From Ostrea edulis (taxonomy: Eukaryota), in contig NC_079171.1 of assembly GCF_947568905.1 (NCBI RefSeq), forward strand, positions 4,898,001 to 4,962,000: a stretch of 64,000 nt of DNA. Direction: 5' to 3'. Shown in pieces: positions 54,601 to 64,000 of this stretch. Position 1 is the stretch's first letter; each line of letters begins with the position of its first letter. The notes under the pieces were generated by a model. It ran no database searches. It worked only from the letters and a program-made list of their open reading frames with translations, and was not told the DNA's origin. The position numbers and the translations under genes are program-made.

Positions 54601-57600
54601 ATTGCTACAAAACGGCGGTAGGCATTGATGAATGCTGCACTGCTCATCTCATCTACTACTTCCAAGTGAACTGCTCTTGAAACTAAGCAAGTGAATAAAA
54701 TTGCCCATCTCTTTTGCTGAGCTGATCCACCTCGAGTCTTACGCTGGAGAACTGACCATGGTCCAAATGTATCAAGACCAACAAAGGTGAAAGGTGGTCC
54801 AGGAGATAATCTGTCCTCCGGAAGATCTGACATCTTTTGAAATAGAAATTGTCCACGACACTTTCGACAAGTCACACAATGACGAATAATAGAGGACACA
54901 AGTCTCTTACCGCCAATCACCCAATAGCCCGATGCACGGAGAGCTCCCTCTGTCATGTGTCTGCCCTGGTGATGAATTTTACCATGAAAATGTCGCACTA
55001 AGAGGATAGCAATGTGATGGTCTCGGGGAATGATCACAGGCTGAGTGTTGATGGAAATAGCCTTTCCATGTTTCAATCGTCCTCCAACTCTGAGAATGCC
55101 ATTTTCATCTTGTACAGGAGCAAGAGGAAGAATTTTGGATTTGTTTGACAAAGAACGTCCAGTTTGCAAAGAATTGATTTCATCACCATAAACTTCCTGT
55201 TGTACTAGTTTCACAATAAATTGTTCCGTTTCAGCTCGTGTGGGTTTGCTCTCATTGTGAAGTTTCCTAATGAATCCTTTCAGAAACATGATAGCTCTCA
55301 CTAAACTGTTCCATGACGAGAAAAATGAAAATCTCTGAACCCATGTTTTGTGGCTGATCACTTTCATTTTGTTCACTGATATTTCTGGGCGGACCTCAGT
55401 ATCCTCTTGAGGATTTACAAGCTGAAATTCACTAGATGGTAATTGTACATGTATGTCATTGCGCAAAAGGTCTGGACCCGTTAGGTAGGTTGAATTCACC
55501 AAGTCTTCTGCATTGATACGTCTCGTTGCAATGTCAGCAGGGTTACTGTCTGTTGGAATGAAGTACCACTGCGTCGGAGAACTAGCTGCTCTGATCCTAT
55601 TCACCCTATTGGTGACATACACATAGAACCTCCGTACCTCGTTTGACAAATACCCCAACACTATCTTGCTATCTGTGTAATAGTAGAAATCCTGTGAGGG
55701 GATGTTCAAATGCTCTTTCACCAACTCTGCAACTGCAATGGATAGAACTGCTGCGCAGAGCTCAAGGCGAGGAATGGTATGACCATGAACAGGTGATACT
55801 TTTGATTTGCCCAGCAAAAATGAAACATCACTTCCCTCATCTGATATCAGTTTTAAGTATGCTACCGAAGCTATTGCGTCCTTAGATGCATCACTGAAGA
55901 TATGAACCTCTCTACGCAAAGCTTCATGAAATGAAATTGCAGAATATTGGCGAGAAATTTGAAAATTCTGGAGATGCACGAGTGATGTGATCCACCGTTC
56001 CCATTTCGATTTCAATTGAGGCGGTAACTCTTCATCCCAATTTACAGGTCCTGAGACTGACATCATTTCCCTGAGAAGCAATTTCCCATACAAAGTCATG
56101 GGGGCTGCAAATCCTATGGGATCAAACAGACTATTGATCACTGATAACGCACCTCTACGGTATAGGGTTTGTTTTCTGTCGACGCTCTGAACACAAATCT
56201 ATCAGTAGAAATGTCCCATGATAATCCTAGACTGCGCTGAATTGGCGGAGTGTCAGATCCAAGATCCAATTCCTTGAGATCTGCTGACAAATCATCTGAT
56301 GGGAAATTCTGTAACACAGTTGTGCTGTTCGAGACAATCTTATGCAAACGCAACCGTCCTCCAATTTCTAACGCTTTCTGTGTGCGCTTCATGAGATCAA
56401 TTGCCGAGTCAGGATCTGGACAAGAAATGAGTCCATCGTCCACATAAAAGTTTTTACAGACAAAATCTCGGACATCACTGTCTGCATTCTCAACGGATTT
56501 TCTGAGACAAAAGGTTGCAACAGATGGAGACGGAGAGTTTCCGAAAACATGGACTGTCATCCTGTAGTCCATCAACGGTTGTGAAATGTCATTATTTTCG
56601 TGCCACACAAATCGTAAATAATTGCGATGAGTTTCGTCCACCTTGAAGTTATAAAACATGTGCTCCACGTCAGCTGTAAGAGCTATAGCTTCCTTCCGAA
56701 ATCGCAAGAGTACTCCCAATAAATTATTGGTTAAATCCGGTCCTTTCATTAATACGTCATTCAAAGACGTTCCCCTGAACACTGCTGACGAATCGAAGAC
56801 GACTCTAACTTTTCCAGGTTTCTTGGGATGATAAATTCCGAAAAACGGTAGGTACCATTGTTCACTAAGTGTTGGCAAAGGTGGTGCTACCTCAGCATGA
56901 CCGTTTTCGAACATTTTTCCCATGAATTCAACAACGTGTTTCTTCTTGACTTCATCTTTCTGGAGTGAACGGTCTAATGATTTAACACGCTGCAAGGCTT
57001 GAGTTCTGTTGTTAGGCAACAGCTTTCTATTTTCGCGAAAGGGAAGTGGTGCAGTCCAGCGATCATCACAGTCCTTCGTAACCTTACTTTCCATGAGACT
57101 TATAAAAAGCTCGTCTTCCACTGATGGACCAAGCCTCTCATCCTGTGGCGTTTTCTCGAAGATCGAGTTTTCTTTGATGGTTAACGTGTTAACACATGGT
57201 TCCAGATAGGTTGCTCTACCATTAGCAAGAATGTGAGTTTTGCTAACTGTGATTGTTTGAACAGATTCACGTCCATGGAGAGCTCCAATACAAGATTCAC
57301 CAACCACAACCCAACCAAGAGGTAATTTGTGAGCGTAGGGTAAGTTATCACCGCCTAACCTCTGATCCACAACATGGTGTGCTTGTATAACGTCACGACC
57401 TATCAAGAGTTCTATGTGTACACTGTCATCAACTGGTGGTATGTACGATACCAAATCACAAAGATGAGGAAAGTTTTTCACTACTTCCGGAGAAGGTATT
57501 TCATGTCTATTATTGGGAATGTCTGAACACTCGATAAGAGATGGAATCTTAATCCTGACACTATGATCTGCGGACTCAACAACATAATTGTTGCCTTTTC

Positions 57601-60600
57601 TGCCAGTCGCGGAAACTTTCCCTGAACAGGTTGATAAAGTGAAGTTTATGTGTTCCGAATGATCATCAAAGTTGTCAAACAGTTCCGGTTTTCCAAGGGA
57701 GTAATTGCTTTGATCGTCGATCAATGCGTAGACCTTGCGAGCCTGCATGGTTTGGTCCTCATTGTAGACATACACTTGTAGAATTTTTGCGCATGACTTG
57801 CTACAAATTTTGTCAGTCCCACAAACCTGTGTACATTTTGTATTAACACCGGTCCGTGACTCCCCTCCATGCCGATTGTCATCTTCTGTAAGATTCTCAT
57901 CCTTGTTATGAGAGGGTTGCTGTACATTTTGAACACGCAATACATGAAGTCCAGTCGGGTGACTTGTCTGATTACAAACATCACATCGGATAGTCTCTTG
58001 GCATTTGTTCTTGGTGTGTCGTTTCAAACTGCAGCAACGGAAACAAAGTTTGTTTTTCTTTAGAATCTCCATTCGCTCTTTCATGGGTTTCTGACGGAAA
58101 GTCCTGCACTGATTCAAATTGTGGTTTGTGTTGTGCACGGGGCACATCAATTTGTCCTCAGCTGTAGAGTTTGTAGAAAGTTCCGTTTTCCTTGCGTTCA
58201 CGCGAATTTGGGGTTGATTATTTGCTGACTGTTTCTGAGAAGATAGTGTGCTAGTGTTGTACTGAAAACTCGGGTCAGTGCGCCATTTTGCCATGTCGTA
58301 GATGAAGTTGACAAAATAACTGAACGGAGGAAATAGCATTCCATGTTGATTTTTGTAAGTATTGGCGCGAGATGACCACTTTTCTTGTAGATTGGTCGGC
58401 AAGCGAGATACTATTTGGTTTACTCCTGTGGATGAATCATACATTGCAAGCACTGAAGAATAGAGCGGGTTGGCCTTGACACACTGAATTTCACTCAAGA
58501 GGTCGTACAAATCATAAAGTCGTTTGCTGTCAGCCGGAGTGTTTGAAAGCTTTGGGAAGTTCGTAAGTTTGTTTCGTAAGCACGCTTCTATCAATTCAGG
58601 ACTGCCATACCGAATGTCAAGTCTATCCCACAATTTGTGTAATGCATCCACGTGATTTCCTGCACTGGCCGTTTTTATGCATTCAGCCTGCCTGGATGAA
58701 TCTGGACCCAGCCATTTGATCATGAGATCCAGTTCCTCTGATGGTGTAACTGCAAGTTCTAACATTACAGCTTTAAATGTTTGTTTCCAAGACAAATATT
58801 GGATGGGACTATCATTGTATTTAATGAGACGCGAAAGCACTACATCTTTTCTGGCCATCATCCTAGTCATTATCTGACAAAGTTCAACCTGCGAATTGTC
58901 TACATGTGGCATCATATTGACTGATGTGTAGCGATTACCGTATTGTGATCCTGAGGTTTGAGTAGTCACCGGATTTGGCTGAGACGGTAAACTCGAATAT
59001 GGCACAAAGGTAGGCGTTTGAGTAGTCACTATAGAATTTGCCTGAGATAGTATACCCGAACGCGGCATAAAGGTTGGCACTTCAGTATTTAATAAGTGAT
59101 TCGGCTGAGGCAGTATGCTCGAATGTGGCACAAAGGTTGGCGCTTCAGTATTCAATAGATGATTCGGCTGAGATAGTACGTCTGAACGCGGCGCAAAGGG
59201 TGGCGGCAAATCATACACATGACTTGTTTGTGATGAAGTTGCAAGCAAGGGACTAGAGTGTACCATGGTTTGCGTTGGTTGATATGCTGTACGCCAATTT
59301 TCATTCATAGGTGTGGAACATAAATTTGCCAATGTCGATAAAGGAACAAATGTTTCACTAGACTGCATAGATGTTTGCACAGTTGACGTGAATGCATTAT
59401 CAGTGAATTGCACACGAGGTCGCACAGCTGATGTGAACGTGCTATCAGTGGACTGTACAGGCGGTTGCACAGCGGATGTCAAAGTACTTGTAATTGCTTG
59501 CACAGGTGGCTGAACAGAAGTGTTAGTGGAATTCACAAAATGTTGTTGAATAAATTCACTTGTCCTTGCTTGTCGAGCTTCAGTAATAGATTCTGTTTCT
59601 ATATCATCTAACTGTTCTGCATTTTCCATCACATTCAGTGCTGATTGTAAGGCTTCGGTTTCTTGTTGGATTTCAAGTAGACTGATTTCCGCTTCCAATG
59701 CTGCCTTTTGGGTCATAATGGCAGCTTGTTTCTCGACGTATTTCATTTTCACTTTCGCAGCCTCAAGTGCAGCTCTTTTCTGAATAATCGCAGACTGAGT
59801 AGATGAAAGGATTGATCGGCCTGATCCAGATTTAACGCTTTGTCTGTCACAGCTAGGATCTTTTGTTGCAACTTGTGTGCGTTGAGTGAGAACCTCGGTA
59901 ACAGCCCTCGTTACATTATCTCTTAATTTCAAATGTGAAATCCTTTCTGTTTCGCTTTCAACTGATCTGTGTTTTACAAGAAAGTCAACATAATGATCTG
60001 AAAGTCTTTTAAAATCACCACTAGCTTGTTTTATCTGCTTATGTACCATCTCTGCATCCGATATTTCTGGATATTCCTGAAGAGTGGATATTAGGACATC
60101 AATTTCCTTTTGAATATGTTTTATTTCCCGATCATATTTCCTGCATCTGTCCATGAACAACTCGGCTCCAGCCTCTGTGAGTTTCCTTTCCCGTTCCATA
60201 GCCATGTCGAAGTTATTTTACTATTCTGTCACAAGAAAGACGATGTATGTTTCTTTACTTTTAATGGCAGAGAGAAAACCTCCAGGGAGGGTAAAATACT
60301 GTAAACAAAAATAAGATCCTATTACAACAGGTTCTGCACAAAAGATAAGTGGCATGGTTTATAATAAACATGTAATATGTTATTCAGAACATATCTACAC
60401 ATTTCATGCTAAAGATATCAAATTTCAGTAAATCAAGAATAACATGCACCAAAAGCTTTACAAAGTTATCAAAAATCTTGAATTCTAAATACACACACTA
60501 GAAGACTTATAAAATATTGATACTGATATGTGAAAACTTAAATGTAATCATCACAACCTTTGAGAAAAAATTTAAACTGTGAGCAATTTACACAGAGCGA

Positions 60601-62533
60601 TTTACATATCGAACACGTGAAAGGTCAATATATAGTACGTTCAGAAAATAAGCGAGCGTGCCCCATTTACACAGAAAGAAAAAATAACAGCAATGAATAA
60701 CATCATTAAAGATCTATCAGAGATAAGATAACCATGAAATATCAATTAATCAAATTTAGACAATATAAACTACCTGCATGTCATGATATACTGGCTGCTT
60801 ATCACATCGGGGTCAACAAGTGTACAATAACAAATATGCGTATGCATTCTTAATATGACTTGCATTTAACATAAAAGTTAATAAAGAAATTAAAAACTTA
60901 CACTTTGGTGCCATGAAGTTGTGGAAAGTTGGAAGTCAAAATGCATGAGTACGGGTACCATGCCGTGAACGTGCTGGGAGCTTTTTGTAACATACAAAAC
61001 AAAACCAATCCCGGACAAATATAAAAAAAAAAAATCCGGAATCCAGCACAGTTTTGTTTTTCATTGGTTTGATTCTTTAAGTCTGAAGAGAAAATCATCG
61101 CATAATAGCATTATTAATTTGAAACATTGTGAGACCATTTCATTGAATGACATGTGCATTAATAATATTTTTTAATACATTTTATTCTCTTATCATAATT
61201 GGATCTACTGGTATTTTATATGAAAAAGGAAAATACATTAACGAATATGTTTTAATACACTCTGATATCATGAAATAATTTTTTTTAGGACTGACAATAG
61301 CAATGCTCACTTATGTGTTCACATGGCTGCAAAAGAAGGCAGAAAAACTCAACTACTGGAGAGGTCAAGACACAACAGAATCTAAAACTGTAAGACTATT
61401 AAAAGAAATTTAACTTGATAGAATAAAAGAAATTTAAATAAAAAATATTTAAAAGAATTGAGACTTGGAATATTTGCACTGATAAGTCTTGATAAAAAAA
61501 GCTATTTTGATTCTCATCTTAATCCAATAAATGAGATCGAAATTACATAAATAAGGCTATAGTCTATTATAATATTTTCTACAATAATAAATTCCCTGTT
61601 AATTTACATTGTTTTGCTGCTAGCTACTATTCAATTATTCATTCAACAATCGCTTTATTCATTGAACAAAAATATTTTTCAAAATGAAGGTTATCGGCCA
61701 TTGGAATGAAATTTTCAGCACGACCACTTTGAAATATTTTGTCTTGCATAACACTAAACCTGTTGAATCTGTCCATAACCTTTTTTTTCCAGACCATTAA
61801 AGTTGGACCGAAGAGGAAACTAACAACTAAGGAGGAATGTATCATAACACTTGTTAGACTGAGAAGAGGCTTTGATGTGGAAGTAATAAGTGATTTATTT
61901 GGAGTGTACCCATCTCAAATAAGTAGAATTTTCACAACTTGGATCAATTTTTTGTACGCAGAATTGAAGTTTCTTATTTCATGGCCATCCCGAGAACAAA
62001 TTGCTTCCAATATTCCAAAGGCATTCAAACATTTTCCAACGACAAGATCAATTATAGACTGCACAGAGTTCTTTGTACAAAAGCCAAGTCTGCCCTCTTC
62101 TCAGCGTGTAACATGGTCTCAGTACAAACATCACAACACTTTTAAAGCACTAATTTCAATTTCACCTACTCGAACTTTCACCTTTATTTCCAAATTATTC
62201 ACAGGAAGTATTTCAGATCGTCGCATTGTTGAAGAGAGTGGCTTTTTGGAGAAAATAGAGCACGGTGATGACATTATGGCTGACAGGTTTTTTTTAATAC
62301 GTGATATGTTAGCCAGACGATCTGCCACTTTAAACATACCACCGTTTTCTATGGGAAAGCAGTTGAGTAGTCGTGCTGTAACAAAGACACGCAGAATTGC
62401 AAGTGCTCGCATTCATGTGGAGCGTGCAATAGGCAGGTTAAAAACATTCAAAATTTTGCAAGGAGTTATGCCTCTTAAACTGCATGCATTGTTTGATCAA
62501 ATTGTAGGTGTGTGTGGAGTGTTATGTAATTAA
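51681..62533 (+). CDS. ISL2EU/PIF-Harbinger-type transposase (THAP-HTH-DDE_Tnp_4); exons 51681-52242, 52547-52786, 61289-61389, 61793-62533
   Basis: THAP C2CH motif (CCYGNC...FPKP...W...C...ICCKHF); spliced CKFYTG|L; IIDCTEF, DIMADR.F and RIHVERAIGRLK. The 1644-nt join is in frame. TAA at 62531 probably ends the protein about 7 codons early. Confidence 0.82.
52909..53738 (-). repeat. 3' LTR (830 bp)
   Basis: Matches 60222-61050 except about 2 substitutions and a poly-A length difference seen by eye. Confidence 0.93.
53859..60205 (-). CDS. BEL/Pao gag-pol polyprotein split by a single 1-nt deletion near 56159
   Basis: Gag zinc knuckles (CPVH..NH..NQC, CFRCC..RH..NKC, CDVC...H), protease YALIDDQS, RT NFYVDDGL, RNase H HIFSDAS and integrase GLDTFGP/SDRGTNF/GGSWER. 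KPYT|VEV should read KPYTRRGALSVINS. Confidence 0.93.
60222..61050 (-). repeat. 5' LTR (829 bp), termini TG...TA on the sense strand
   Basis: Boundaries are fixed by the TSD and by the extent of LTR-LTR identity. Confidence 0.92.
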
Positions 62534-62826
62534 GATACACAACTAGTGAAGTAAAGTTAATAAATTAAGAAATGCAAATTGACCAATAAAGTTTCATCTT
62601 TTTATTGTGACATCATCATATATTTGTATGGTTAAAGATACAGATACATTGTAAATGCAATATCCATTTAATGAGTTTACATCATTAAGAGTCAATGTAA
62701 TATGAAATAAATGTTGTTTTATAAGCTCCTAAAGATTAAACAATAATTGCAAACTTTTATGAATAAATGTTAATTCAGTTCAGATATTCAAACATTAACA
62801 AATCATTTTGACATAATAATGGACAA

Positions 62827-63778
62827 TTAGCCAGCAACTGGATTACACTCATTATTTGTACTCTTCAAAAGATCACGGAAAATATGTGGAACCACATAAG
62901 CACTATGAAATCTATTAAGTTTATTCACCATATCGCAGAAATATTCCTCATCAAATCTTGCTGTAGAAATGTGAATACCTTTGTTTGTGTAAATAACTAA
63001 GTCACATTCAGTGTAATTATATACACCGAGTTGTCCCTGGATTTGTGCATAATAAGGACAAGCTTTACTTACTTCCCATTCATTGGTTAGTTTATTAAAG
63101 GTACAGTTTTTTAGAATCGCAACCTCTTTTGCATTGCTGTCTCGAAGCGAATAAGGACATTTTATTTCCACTAATCTGTTTATATGCTGGGATTTACATT
63201 TACAAACAGCTACACCATCCTAAAACCGGATACTTTTCACTGAGTAAAAGTCCAACCTCTGTTACTTTTAATGACCTACAGTTATGAATTTTTTTTAATA
63301 ATTCTGCTGTAAAAAAAATCCTAGCAATGGGCTCTTTTTTTCGACCCCATCTCAACGCAGGTGGTAACATAGCATCGTCTATGCGGCTTTCTCCCATTAT
63401 TTTTTTCATGAAAGTGATAGATGGCGGTCGATTCTTTTCTACATATTTGCACGCTTCACCAAAATTAGAAGCTGTTAATAGACCTTTCCTGAGAAGGTGC
63501 CACACATTATTACTAGACTGTCCTTCTGTTTTCTCCAAGACACAAGAAACATCATTTTCTGATATGTTAAGTGAGCCACAGAATTCTGTTACCTTCTCAT
63601 CAAAATTTGTAATTGAAATATCATTTTCCTCAACGAATGCTTTGGCTTTATTCACAATAGAAATTTTCTCTACATGGATATCCATGCCATTATCCTTTGT
63701 TTGTCCACACCGGTCTTCTGGATCAAGCAAAATGTCAAGACATTGTGCATTTTTGGAAATCTCAAAAATACAATGCAA
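62827..63778 (-). pseudogene. YqaJ/lambda-exonuclease-like nuclease, second gene of the ISL2EU element; frameshifted near 63215, 5' exons incomplete
   Basis: GQS.N.VW...RKGLLTASNFG, WGRKKEPIAR, DG...EIKCPY and YYAQIQGQL motifs. Convergent with the transposase. Confidence 0.8.
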
Positions 63779-64000
63779 TATGGAAATATATACATATTAT
63801 ATGAAAATGAATAATGATTACAAGTTTTAAGACAGTTCGGTTAAGTACAGTTTTCAGTTTTAACATATTTTGGTGTTTAATACATGACATCAAAACAGTG
63901 TTGAAACCAGCAGGATTGAAAATAGAACTTTTTTTTATTCAATGACATTTTCATAATAATAAATATTGTGTAAAGTTGAGAAATATATACACTGTGTGTA

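Larger units (their letters stand above)
52909..61050 (-). mobile_element. BEL/Pao LTR retrotransposon, full length, inside transposase intron 2
   Basis: Two near-identical LTRs, 5-bp TSD GTTTT (52904-52908 and 61051-61055), and PPT-like TCAGGACGGGAG before the 3' LTR. Confidence 0.95.

Noticed and set aside
56138-56165. Programmed gag-pol frameshift in the BEL element
   Set aside because: The break lies after RT, within the conserved TRRG motif, not at a gag/pol boundary. BEL elements normally have one ORF.
60898-61098. Small ORFs in or across the LTRs and antisense to pol (e.g. 54101-54379, 57721-57984)
   Set aside because: They have no recognisable motifs and are explained by overlap with LTR or polyprotein sequence.

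Overview
Eukaryotic, AT-rich, transposon-dense DNA, probably from a bivalve such as an oyster. The host is inferred from repeat families I recall and was not verified. The window is dominated by three related but distinct Maverick/Polinton (adintovirus-like) endogenous viruses. Element C is complete (27501-48244, 20,744 bp, AGTAGT termini, 6-bp TSD CTCGAT). Element A (1-14573, left part outside the window) is nested inside the pPolB gene of element B (14574-23383), and B is itself inserted in a Penelope-like retroelement. Core genes are pPolB, chromodomain integrase, packaging ATPase, adenain-like protease and major/minor capsid proteins. pPolB is disabled in all three copies, by a stop codon, an insertion or two 2-nt deletions. 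The most interesting content is the accessory cargo: (1) a GADD34/ICP34.5/DP71L-like PP1-eIF2alpha adaptor; (2) a CARD fused to tandem PC4 domains; (3) a transmembrane-anchored PC4-like protein; (4) a spliced type I membrane glycoprotein with TQT motifs in its tail; (5) a spliced orphan gene carrying RNA Pol II CTD-like heptads in A and LxxLL plus RVxF motifs in C; (6) TIRs packed with AGGTCA half-sites; (7) a conserved hairpin in the single pPolB intron. The right end holds an ISL2EU-type DNA transposon (THAP-DDE transposase plus YqaJ nuclease) with a young BEL/Pao LTR element in one of its introns. All alignments, gene models and counts were done by eye with no database search, so novelty is unverified.
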